Origin: Nemertoderma westbladi
Taxonomy: Eukaryota; Animalia; Xenacoelomorpha
Direction of reading: 5' to 3'
Length of the DNA: 64,000 nucleotides
Assembly: GCA_032718475.1 (NCBI GenBank)
Contig: JAUCBJ010008254.1
Coordinates: forward strand, 33,070-97,069
Of the stretch, positions 25,216-37,555 are shown in pieces (position 1 is the first letter of the stretch; each line of letters opens with the position of its first letter). Both the position numbers and the translations under genes were made by a program. Below the pieces are notes generated by a model, which was not told where the DNA came from, searched no databases, and worked only from the letters and a program-made list of their open reading frames with translations.

Positions 25216-25986
25216 TATGCCCCGCGTATATACATATATATCCCAATAAGTGTTCCGTTACGCAAACCAATTACACTGTGGGTAATCAGTTAGATGTCGC
25301 CGAAGGACAGACCTCCCCTCCCGAACCCCCCCCCCCCCCGCTGCCTTCCAGCAGTTCAGGTTCGACTCTCTAGATCCCGTCTCTTCCTAACTAACTATCC
25401 TCTAACCTATTCCCATGCATAGCGCAAAAACTTTGGAGATAAACTGGCCGTGACCAACTCACTTTTTGATGCCCAAACTACTCCCATTACTCGTACTGAA
25501 CTACAGTAGTTAGAAAGGACTATAGCCACAATACTCGACTATACCAAACCCACAGGTTTGATAATCGAACATCACACATCCTGCAAACTACTGAGTGGGG
25601 TCCATGTACGCCTCTGGTGCTACTAACCTTTAGCACCTTAGTTGCACTGTTGGCACCAATCTGTGGAAGTTGCTAAACTCAATTTACACTCCTACGTAAT
25701 ATAGCCGTCACCATGGTTTCTAAATGCTATTTTCCAGGCTTCACGACTTTTCAAATTACTGTTTATCTATAGACGAATTCAAAAACGCGTCTATACACAG
25801 CGTCTGGAATTGTCTTGGGTTCACTTCTAATTTTTAAAATTTTTAAATTTTCCAAAATTTTTGAAAATAAAATTTTGTTTTGATACCCACCAGACAAAAC
25901 TCAACGCAAATCACCACAACCCCGCTCCTATGCATTTCCTTGTATTTGCATACGAGGAATGCATACGAAGTGAGTTGCGTCCAACA

Positions 25987-28900
25987 CTAATTCTGTTTTG
26001 AGGCAGGAGACAAATTATAATCTCCCGTCTCGATACGTGTCTCCTCTAATAACACAATATCTTGGACTGGTCGGTCCAAGGTGTGTAAACCATTAGTTTT
26101 ACACTTCTTTGGGTGTGGACACTTGCACCAAATTTTCACAGTGACTGTGCGCACTATGTTTTGCACGCCTGGGTGTGTGTGCAAGATAACTCCAGTCTCC
26201 CAATACTTTCTCTTGACAATCGGCTCGGTTATCAATACGTAGTCTCCCCTTTGGAGACTCCGAACCGTTTTGTACCACTTTGTTCTGGTGGATATGGTGG
26301 GAAGATAATATTCCCGCCAATATTCCCAGAATGTGTACGCTACTAATTGTGTCACTTTCCAGCTCTTACGACTATATAGGTCGGCACTAATGGGTTCTGA
26401 TGCCGGCACAAGAAATGCTGGACTCTGCATTAGCAAATGATTCGGCGTTAATGCAACACCGTCTGGCAACATAGCTATCGGCCTCGAGTTTAGTGTATGC
26501 TCGATTTCAATGAAAGCTGTAACCAGTTCGTCGTCGGTAAGTTGTTTGTTTACAGGCAACGTTTTAGCAATGGCCTGCTTTACAGAGCGTACTAAACGCT
26601 CCCAACTTCCTCCTCTCCAAGGACTTTCTGGAGTATTAAATCTCCATTCTACTCTTTGCGGCAAAAGTGCTGCAGAAATTTCCTTATTCTGTGCTGCTTT
26701 ATGAGCCGCGTTCAACTCGCTATTCCCTCCGACAAAGTTTGTACCCTTATCGGAGTAGAACGCCTTTACTAGTCCTCTCCTGGCCATAAATCTCTTCAAG
26801 GCCAGGAGCAGAGATTTGGTCGACATGTCTGCCACACGCTCGATATGTATGGCTCTACTCGCCATACATGTCAGTAGCAGACCCCATCGCTTGTGGGTCA
26901 GCCGTCCACTCTTTGCCTCAATCGGACCAAAACAATCCACCCCTGTGTTCGTAAAGGGTGGGTCATATGCCTGCACTCTCGCTTCCGGGAGTTCAGCCAT
27001 CTCCTGTTCCAATACTCTGGCGTTCACCCTCTTGCAAACCAGACAGGCGTCGTACATGGTGCCGACTGCCCTGCTTGGCTGCAATAGAATGAATCGCTGT
27101 CTCGCTGCCGACAAACAGTGTAACTTTCCCGCGTGATGTAACCTCTTATGTATATCCCATAGAATCGCTCTTTGCAATTCTATTGGGTGACTAGGGATTA
27201 TCACTGGGAACCGAAACTGTGAGTTAATGTCGACAGTCTGGATTCTCGATCTATGACAAATCAAACCCTTATGGATTAATGGACTCCATTTTCTAAGGGG
27301 TTTAGAGAGAACTGGTCGTTGAGCCGATAATAGATGGAATTCTTTGGGGAAGGCACACATTTGATAATGCTTCAAATGCTTTAATTCCGCTTGATCAATC
27401 TCATCCTCTGTCAGAGGTTGTTTCAATTTCCGAATTCGCTCACTATTGGTGCTCAATGGTTCTCTCAAATGTTTCGAATGTTTTAAACAAAGGTACGAAA
27501 CGTATCGGCTTAACCACGCAGTTCTTTTACAAATTGTCAGCCAAGAGGCAGACGAATTTAGTAATTTGTCATAAACACTGCATGACTCTAATGCCAGCGA
27601 CGGTTGTCCGCTAACCAATGGAAGTTTTGAATCCAAACCCGCAGGTTTGGAAACCAAAGGCTCCATTTTGTCGGTCATTTTCTGTCCGTCACTTACCAAC
27701 TGTGACTCTGGTTTAGTCTGTAAGGGTGGTTTGATGTCATAACTTACCCTTCCGGACCTAGTAGTCACGTAAGTCTGTTGGTCTGACAGGTCTCCGGGCC
27801 GCTCCAATGACTCTTCAGGCCGCTCCAATGACTCTTCAGGCCGCTCCAATGACTTAAGTTTGGCTTTAGACTTCGACTTAGAGACTTTCTCCACCTTGAC
27901 TTCTGCATCTTCAGGCATCGGATTGGTCACTATCTTTAGTCGCTCTGGCCAATGTTCCTGTGTCCTCGTTAGAAAATCAGGTCCATGCAACCAAAACTCC
28001 TGCGACTCTTCCTGACAGAATTCCGCCGGCATTGCACCTCTCGAAGTTATGTCGGCCGGGTTCAACACTCCCGGACAATGTCTCCATTGTTCCTTTGTCG
28101 AAAAATCAACGATCTGAGCGCGTCTATTGGCCACAAATGTCTTTAGTGCAATATTGTCGGCCGCAATGTATACTAACACCAAGGATGCGTCCGTCCAATA
28201 GAATAAGGTCAATGTCGTGTCTAACTCCTCAGTTATTTGCTTACTTACCTCGACTGAAACCACAGCCGCCTGTAACTCTGCACGAGGGACAGTCATGTAT
28301 TTGACCGGCATTGTCTTTGATCTAGAAGTCACAAAAGCCGTCTCAAACTTGTCCTGACTTACCTCTCGGCGAAGGTAGGCTACCATACCAAAGCCGGTGT
28401 CACTTGCGTCACTAAATAGGTGGAGCTCTAAATCAGCTGGGAATACCAGCTGATTCGGAAAGTAGGAACGGGGTACATCTATATTTTTCAATAGATGCAA
28501 CTCGGCTTCCCACTCCCTCCACTGCTTTGCATGTATAGGAGATATTGGTTCGTCCCACTCTACGTCGGACAACCAAATTTTCCTCATGCACGCTCGTGCC
28601 TGTAATATAACCGGACTGATAAAGTTCATCGGGTCAAATAGTCTACTTAATGTCGATAAGCAAATCCTCTTAGTCAAAACTTTGTCTGGGCTACTGGGCT
28701 CAAATCTAACTCTTACCTGGAACTTATCCGAGTTCGGATTCCAAGCGAGTCCCAGTACTCGCGCCATGGGGATTGGTTCTACCCCCAATTCTATGTCTCC
28801 GCTCCCGCGATCTTTTACCGGGAACGATTCTAATAGGGCCTCCGAATTAGTAGTGAACTTGGTCAGAGGAAATCCCCCTGTAGCCAAGCACTCTTGCAGG

Positions 28901-31900
28901 CCGTGAGCCACTTCTATGGCTTGTTCCGCTGTGTCCTTGGACACCAATCCGTCGTCCATATAGAAGTTTCTCAAGATGGACTCGATTACTTCTACTGGGT
29001 ACTTACCAATCTGGGCTGTTGCCGTTTTCTTTAGAACGAACAGCGTGCCATTCGGACTATCGCGGGCGCCAAATATCCTAACGTACATTTGGTATGTAAC
29101 CACTGGGCCGGATAAGTCTTCATTCTCAAACCAGAGAAATCGAAGGCTATCCTGGTCTGCCTTACAGGCTCTTACCTGGTGGAACATCGCCTCGATGTCA
29201 CAAGTAAATGCGAATCGCCGCTGTCTAAAACGCAACAGTATTCCAATCAAATAGTTATTCAGGTTGGGACCATCCATCAACTCTGAATTCAGGGACATAC
29301 CTCTATAGACTGCTGCGCAGTCGTTGACTACTCGGACTTTGTCAGGTTTGTCAGGGTGAGTCACATAGTGGTGTGGAAGGTAATAAGTCTGGTCTGTCAC
29401 TAAGTCAGGGTCCTCTACCTTCCCAGCAAATCCCTTGGCGAAATAGTTGTTGATCTGGGCGCAATACTTCTCCCTAATGTCTGGATTCTTCAACAACCGA
29501 GCCCTTACTCCGTTTAATCTTTTCAAGGCTAAGCTGTAGTTGTTCTCCAACTTAGGTGGTTGTCGACGCCACAACATTCCAACTTCAAAATGTCCAGTCG
29601 GTAGTAGACGTATGGTATCTTCCATCATCTCCAGCGACCGCTTCTCATCAGTAGACATGGCTAGGTCATATCCACCGGGTTCCATTGCGTCCCTGTCCAG
29701 CCATTCGACGGTTCTGGCTCCTGTCTCGAGGTCCTGGCGTATCAATTCCTTCTGCAATTCCTCCTCACTGTATTGGAAAATGTCTAGGTCTCGATATTTA
29801 GCCACTTGACCCTCCACTATGTCTGTATAAGTCAAAACGTTAGTCAAATAGGTAGCGTGGGCCGCTGAACCAGACCCACGGGTCTGATAACAGTAGTCCT
29901 CGGGTTCACTATCTGTCCGGTCATTGTGAAGTGGTTCCGACAACCTAACATTATCGGGAATCAACTCCTCGTCCGACTCGCTAAAGTCACTATAGTGGTC
30001 AATACAGGTTCTCCTAAACTCGTCTATGTCTGGTGGTTCTACTAACGGTGGTTGAATTATAGGCTGTAATTCATCGTATCTGTCCATTGGCTTGTCGCCA
30101 CCTGTAAACTCATAAGACATGGGTACTCGTGTATACCAACCTAGTATGGTCCTATGGGCATGTGGTCCATTGACATGCGGCTCAGCTGGTCTCATTTCCC
30201 ATATCTGGTGTGCGATCAGCTGTTCTGCACCAATCAACATAGAAACATTCCTATAACCTACCTGGTGTCTGGGTATCCTGAGCTTGTCAAAATACTCCTG
30301 TGCTATGGGACTCATCGGCGGCACCTTACCTAACTGCCTGCCGAATCCCTTCATAGCTAGACACTTAAATCCGTCCAATGGCAAAGCTTTCCGTTCTTGT
30401 CGAGTGTGTTGGTCTCTCGGAAGTAGGGAATCTAGTTCTACCGAAATTCTGTGTCCCTTGAGGTCCCCTACCCCGTGCATAGACTTCAACTCTATTTGGA
30501 TCTCCTCGGCGTCCTGGAAGCTAGAAACGGCTCTCGCCACTTCCTCGTCGATATACGATAATGTGGACGCAGTGTCCAACATCACATATATTCGCTTTGA
30601 TCCCTTATCGCCAGTAAGTTTCACCGGAATCACGCTAAATATTTCCGACGTGGCCGATGATAAATACGTCCGCGCGCTGGTCGATGAACTATCCGCGGGG
30701 AAACCTTGGCAGGTCACTTCTCTCGCGCTCGACTCGCCATCCTCATCCGACGAACCTGGTTGGTAACCATCGTCCTGGATGCCAGTGTACGTATTCCTCC
30801 TTATCGATATGGGTTCTTTGCTCCCCTTCCTTTGAGGATTTCGCTGTAAGTAACGGTCCGTTGGGGTATGGAAATCCGCATGTAGCAACTTGTGATGTAG
30901 TCTGCCGCATTCCATGCATCCGTCCTTGCTGTTCGGGCACTGCCGCCGTACATGGCCTGGCGCAAGACATGCCCAACAGGTGTCCAACGTCCGCACTTGA
31001 ACTCTTCTCTGTTCCGAATTTAATTCTTTGAACCGTCTGCAACTATCTAACTTATGGTCGTCAGATCTTACCTCCTTTAGTAAACAGTATTGGCAACCTA
31101 CAAATCCATCCGGCAACTCCTGTTGCTTTAACCTAGGTCTATCTAACCGCTCACCTGACCATACTCGCGAGTCTGATCTAAAGGCTGGGGTATTCGAATT
31201 ATATCTGTCTACTGAGTTAAATGTCACAGTGGTCCTGTCATCGTCAAAACTTACCATAGACTTACCGGTAACAGGTTTAGACTCCCTCATATTCTCTTCT
31301 GAGAAGTTTGATTTCATCTCTGCTACTGCGTCTGTGGCTATCATGTCATGAATATGCTGAAGTGTCAACACCTTACCTTGGCCCTCCAACTTATTCTCTA
31401 ATTTGCGCCATTTCTGTCTGTAACGCATGTTTAGACGTCTTATTACGCTTTTCAAAACTTCGGCGTGATCACCATGATGAGGTAGATTCACCGTCCTCAA
31501 GATGTCCAATGCGTTCGAAATAGCGTTCGCTAAGTTCAACAGCTCTAACGGAGTTGTAATCCTTCCGCCCTTACCCAAGTCTTCTACTATCGACTGTGCC
31601 ATCTTGGTTTTATTCCCGTAGATGTCACTAAGTGTCTTCATCGCTAACTCGAATGCTCTTTCGTTGCCGACGAAGTTATCAGCAATGGCTCTAGGTTCTC
31701 GATGGAGCATCTGAAGCAAATAGTTGAACTTCTCGTTGGGAGTAAAGGTGCTGTTGGTTAGCTGCTCGTCGACATAGGTTTTGAAAGTCCTCCAATGCTT
31801 ATGGTTGCCCATAAACTTCTGGGGTTGTTGCGTCGGCAGTCCTTGCCTAGCAGCAAACTTACCTATGTCCCTAAGGGTTGCGTCGTTCCGGGTTAACAAA

Positions 31901-34321
31901 TGGTTTAGTTCCGCAGGGTTGTTAAGTCTGTTCCTTTCCCGGTGGTTGAAACTTACCTGCTCCGCGTCCGTCCTTCTTTCTTTATAGTTTCGGGACTTAT
32001 GACGTCTCATGTCTTCCTCTTCATCGCTTGACTCGGTGTCAGTCCTTAGCGCTCGCGATGGTTTGCGCGCCGAGGCCCTGATCCAAGCCTCCTCAATAAA
32101 TTTCTCGGCCGAATTTTCGAAATTGGGATTAGAGATGTTCGGGACAGGCGTCCTTACCTGAGGTCTATGTGGTATAGTCTCCTCCGATATGCGTACTCGT
32201 TGACTAGGCTGGACTTTATCTAACTCAGGCCTGCTGGGATTAGAATTACTTCTTACCTGGGCTGCTTCCTTTAACCGTAGGTTGCTAAGCATGTCCGTTA
32301 TAGGTTGGATGTGCGGCGATATAGCTTGCGCTAAACTAGCACTTAACTCATCCCTCGTAATAAATTCCTGGCTAGGGTTCTGTTGTATAGTCGGCTCTAT
32401 CTGAGTAATCCGCTGTCTCTCATATGATCCCTCTTCCGGTTTAACCCGGAAGTTCTCCGTCGAACTGGGTCGGCGCTCCGTCCGCGTATTCCAAACCCGC
32501 GGGTTCGGTTCGCCAAGTACTCGTCCCGTCGGAGTTTCTTCTCTAAATTCTCCATTGTCTCGTTCGGTATACAGTGGTGCGGTGTTCCGATGACGTAGAT
32601 CCTGCGCGATAGGTGAAGCACTAATACCAACTGGCGTGCGATATGTAGAGAATGGTTTAGCGATCCGTGTACTCGTAATAGCTGGACCGGGTATAGGAAT
32701 TCTGGTCGTCGTCGACTCGCGTATAGTCAGAGTTCTCGCTTCCTGTTCAGCCTTCTGCAGTGCGAACAGTTCTCGCAACTCTGTCCCTACACTCGCCCCA
32801 CATTCTTCGATCATTCGCATCCCCTTCTCGGCGATTTCATTCGCCTTCCTAGTCCGTTCTTCGCTCTCTAAACTTAATCTCGCACTTTCCAACTGCGCCA
32901 GTTTACGTTCTTCTTCTTCCCTCGCTCGTCTCGCTGCGCTCTCTTCTTCCACACGCGCCTTTTCTTCATACAACGCTTGTCGCTCTTTCTCGATCTCGAG
33001 TTCGCGTTCCTTACGTTCGCGTTCAAGTTGGAATTCGCGTTTCTTCGCTTCCCGTTCGCGTTCAAGTCGGAGTTCGCGTTCTTTCTGTTCGCGTTCTTTC
33101 TGTTCGCGTTCAAGTTGGAGTTCGCGTTCCTTCTGTTCGCGTTCCGCTTGCTCACGCTTACCTTTCTCTTCCAACTCCCGCAACTTTGCGTCTAACTTAC
33201 GTGTTCGCTCCCTTTCCCGCTCGGCTTCCTTCCGTGCTTCCGATGCACGCAAAACTTCTGCCTGTTGTTCGTCCAGTCGGCGTCTTCTCTCCTCCGCCGA
33301 GTTGTGAGAAACAAGGGATCATATATAACCTAATATAAGCACATATAACCTTCCCTCGCGCGTGACTAACCTGGGAATCGCCGCTGTCTCTGGATGCATC
33401 GTCGGGTGGAGTCAACGTCCTCTGTTGGATGTTCTCCGTCGTCGGTAGCACCTGGCCCGGTACCACCACTCCATTCTGCATCAGCCAGCTAGTAACTTCC
33501 CTTTGATACCGGCGCTCTTCTTTATCTTGGATCTCTTCCCGCTCCACTAAGTCTCTCAACTCTGCGTCACTCACTTGAGTCGCCTGCGCTTGTGATGCCC
33601 ATAGCAGCCAGTTCTCCGTCCTAACTCGTCGGAATCGCTCCGATAACTCGCGGTGCTCCAACAAGGCTGCTAAAACCCTGTCGTAAATCCTCGTCGCCAC
33701 GTCGCTCGACTGAGACTCTACTGCCTTCTTCGCTAGGACTGCAAGCTCCTCCGTCTGCTTGAATAACGCTGAGTTATATCCTCTTCTAATCTCTACTAAC
33801 CCTTCCCTGTCGATGTTCGCTGAATCAGCCAACATCTTCCTTACCTTGTCCGTCGTCCGAGTTATATGTCCGGCATGCGCGCGAAGTTTCTTCTTTATCG
33901 CAATGTCTAATTCTCTCTCGCTTACCTGACTCACACTCGGTGGACTTGAAGGATTATTTCGGGAACTACGGGTACTCCTTACAGCCGTTGGGACCACGGC
34001 ACTTACCATACCCACAGGTCTGGAAACCGGGCTCCGGGCTCTCGCTTCTGCTACACTACCCTCCCTATCACTCACCTCTGTCCGGGTTGCTGTACAATCC
34101 TTCCTTACAGTAGCGGTAGGGGATCCTAATACTATTACCTGAGGTAGTTCTTCTTCCTCACTAGTCACTGTCTCGTCCTCCTGTTCACTTACGTCAGCGT
34201 CGCTCGCTGCGTCGTCATAGTCGGCATTGTCGTCAACAGTAATATTTACGCTATCGTCAGTCGGCGGTCCGGCCGCCGTCTCATAGCTGTCCTCTAGTGC
34301 CTCTTTGTCTGAGACACTCAT
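25987..34321 (-). CDS. gag-pol: Element B gag-pol polyprotein (one frame break from a ~31-nt insertion at 33319-33349)
   Basis: A 2421-aa ORF plus the upstream 374-aa ORF. Motifs: Gag knuckles CQYC/CWACLAPGHVRRQC/CMECGRLHH, PR MLDTAS, RT YMDD, RH LHLFSDAS, IN GVDCFGP/SDKGTNF/GGSWE. Confidence 0.95.
27797..27855 (-). repeat. 21-bp coding tandem repeat x3 (SLERPEE) in the RH-IN linker of B
   Basis: GCCGCTCCAATGACTCTTCAG repeated. Confidence 0.85.
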
Positions 34322-35395
34322 AGTCCAAATAATGTTTGCCTTCCGGCAAAAATATCTCGCAAAAGTTCGAGATATAATTATAATTTAACCGAAATACGGT
34401 CAAATTATTTGTCTAATAATCAGTTGGTCCAAAATGTCAAAATAAATTCGCAATGCAATATTGTGAATTTAATGGGGTATATAGTTATAGCAAATACTAG
34501 CACAATATTTAAACAAAATATTATTATATAGCTACTATATAATATTAAATACCGGTATAGCACAAAATAACCTTGAATCTAATACAAAATATTCAAAATA
34601 AACTTGCCACCCGAATATTTCTAATTTTATATATAGCTCTAATCAACGTAATTTTAATTTCAAATATTATATGTATCCACTAGCGCGTGGCTACATCTTC
34701 GGGTTGCGACTCTCTCTAACTCTCTCTCTAACTTGAGCGATTCAAAAAACCATGGCCGGCTAAACCTAAATATCCTAACTAATAAATTGAGTTCAGCTTC
34801 GCAGTTAAACAACCGATAATTTTTTACTGCTTCCACAAACACACTGGTGCCAACAGAACAACTAACCTTGTTTGCTGTGAGATTCCACGTCCGCGTCCAA
34901 AGATTCAGGCCCTTCGCTGATTGCAAACCGAACCCGCAGACCCACACGAACCCCAAACTCAGAAGTTCCGTCTTGCCATGTATCTCCAGATGGTATAAAA
35001 TAACTAAGCGGTTACCTAACATACCGGTACAAAACTCTAGAATTTTACAAATAATTTTGACCGAAACTGAATTCTCGCAAACCTAGCTAAAATTTTCAAA
35101 AACTTACTAATTACAATTTGCCCTAAGGCCTAAGGAACTGCTGTATTCGCAATTAGTAAAAACGCACTACCGTACATCCACTGTATGCAGTACAGTAAGT
35201 AAAACAGTACACCAACCTAACAGCCTAATGATACTGTGTGTGTGGTACGGCAAACAAATGTCCTTCTACCGTACGCAGTAACAGCAATCAGCCTAATGTA
35301 CTACTGTACTATTGTACGCGACCAGTGAATACAGTAATCTAAACTAACAGCCTAAGAATACACTATTGACCGCTGCAAGCAACAGCCAATAAAAA

Positions 35396-35405
35396 CATAC
35401 CTTAC
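35396..35405 (-). promoter_or_regulatory. Non-canonical primer-binding position of B (sense GTAAGGTATG; no TGG)
   Basis: Directly abuts the 5' LTR end and is the exact reverse complement of LTR 36433-36442. Confidence 0.55.
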
Positions 35406-37019
35406 TGTTAAACAACTGCGACACCTATACTAACAGCAGAACTGTTGAACAGACAAATACCCGTATACCTCTCTGCCAACCTAATGAGCTCTCGCCTAAC
35501 CAATAAGACACAAAGACTGCTCTACTGTTAAGTAAAGGGGATCAGGAGCGTGCTATTACTAAATTGTAAGGGTTGCTAAATACAAAACCGCTACTTACCG
35601 TTGGATGGCGCTAATCTGCCGTCCGCTAATATATTTTACTAAATTTACACAACTCCTGCAAAATCGCTTGTTCCTTTCTCTACCGATCGCTCGATAGAGA
35701 GCTAACTGTTCGAATCTATGAGCCACGCGGGAATAACCAAAACAATAAACCCGAGTCGGCTCCCTAAGCTTACTTAAGACGAGTGCGAGGGGCTTTGCAC
35801 TCAGAGTATTCTTACGCCTAATTTTACTACTGAAATACGCTAATGCTTACGTCTTTTCTAATCGCGAATACTGGGGGTTCCCTAACGGAATGTGTGAATG
35901 CGAGAATATTTAAAATAATCAAAATTGGTACAGTACAATGTCTTTCGTAGGTGATACCGCTCTGGGTCTAAACTTGCCTGCAGCTGGCTTTAGGCCAGCA
36001 ACTTACTAGTGTCTTGCGTACTGACTACTGCGATCTAGCTTATTGCCCGCTAATGCAAATAACCGCTTAGCGTGAATAGTTTACGGTACTCTAAATTATT
36101 ACCTTAGCTACTCTCCGCTATGCTGCGTACTAATTCTTAATTTTACTAATTAATTACAGTCACAAATATGTAACAGCCTAAAATACTGTATTACTTTGAC
36201 CTAATCAGTAATTATTTACGGTAAACTAAGAGATAGAATCAATCAAAGGGAAAAGAGCGCCTATCTAAGCATTCGTAATCATAGGCACACTTTAGTAACA
36301 CACCAATCAGCGTCAGCAATCACAGATCACAATAGCACGACTTGCAATTATACAATCTGCAATTATATAATTCGCAACATAATAATTCGCAATTGACTAA
36401 TTCGCAATCTACTTACTCGCAACTTACTTACTGTAAGGTATGCAGGCCCCTCCCGGGTACATCTAGGCTTCCTAACTAACCCAATTCCTGCCCCCTAATA
36501 CTAAATAGAGACAAAACCTTGGATCATCAGCCCCCTAATTACTGTACCGGCGAGCGGTCTCCAACCCACAGTCCAAACTGCCCGACCGCAACGTTGACCC
36601 CCGCCAGCGTTGCCCGCTTTTGAATCCTCCGCTCTCCCTTAGTCGCTCAACCCCCCGATGTGCCCACCGCCCACTGGCGCCTTAGCCCTCCATTATGCTA
36701 ATAGCTACCGTAGCGGCGCATGCAAATCACAAAGTCTGACAGTCTCAGAAATCCCTTAGGATTATTGCGCAGAAAGGAATCACATAGAACCATTAATCAA
36801 AAGGTAGAAATCATAGTTCAGTTGTAATTAGCAGTAATCGAAGGAATTAATTGAGAAACACAATCAAAGATAATCGCACTAGCAAAGCATTTCAAGAAAT
36901 TAATCAAATTTAGTAAATTGCAGAAAATACGCTAAAAATTGAATAGAGACAGCTCAGCAAGTACAAGGTGATAGCAGATCATGTGAGGTGATCATGTGAG
37001 GTTCTACCGGCACACCGCC

Positions 37020-37130
37020 AATTTATAGGTGATCCGGATGGGGTGATGCAATAGGGTGACGCAATCGCTCTCCTATTGGCTCTCCAGTCCGCGCTAGCAT
37101 TAGACCAACCTGGAAGCAGTTAATCCAATA
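37020..37130 (-). promoter_or_regulatory. Putative Pol II promoter in the B LTR (TATAAA plus CCAAT boxes)
   Basis: Sense TATAAA at 37022-37027, CCAAT at 37075-37079, and an inverted CCAAT near 37125. Confidence 0.5.
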
Positions 37131-37434
37131 AGGAGGCCGGATTGTAGCCCTATGCCCTCAAATTATTACCATATATGGTAATGGATCACGTCCCTGGCTG
37201 CTGAATGGCCAGGACGGTGTCCCTATATGCTAGCCCTATCAAACTAATATCAGCAAGCACAAAATCCAGGGTCCGAATAAACTCGCTACCCTGGAACTAT
37301 CTACATATATCCTAATACAAAATTACGTAGGTAGGGCTACATACTATACAAAATGGATGGACTCAAATATATGGGCGTTTTGATTTCCCTATCTAAATAC
37401 CACTGCGTTATTATGCCTTATCTAAAATATCACG

Positions 37435-37530
37435 CTGCACAATGGACTAATATTACGTACAGTATAACAGACTAATATTGCATACTGCACAACGGACTAA
37501 TATTGCATACTGCATAATGACTAATAATAT
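37435..37530. repeat. ~26-bp tandem repeats x4 at the U3 start of the B LTR (also ~23170-23262)
   Basis: GACTAATATTGCATACTGCACAACG-like units. Confidence 0.75.
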
Positions 37531-37555
37531 GGATACAGCGCCATATACCGTAACA

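Larger units (their letters stand above)
21139..37555 (-). mobile_element. Bel/Pao LTR retrotransposon B, full length (16.4 kb), recent insertion
   Basis: Two 2150-bp LTRs (TGTT...AACA). 5-bp TSD ACTAA at 21134-21138 and 37556-37560. Nearly intact gag-pol. Confidence 0.97.
35406..37555 (-). repeat. 5' LTR of element B (2150 bp)
   Basis: Matches 21139-23288; three substitutions noticed by eye. Confidence 0.97.

Noticed and set aside
37472-37555. C-terminal tail of the 497-aa ORF, and the N-terminus of the 20081-21157 ORF
   Set aside because: Both are read-through into the LTRs of B; the true frame rejoins across the insertion.
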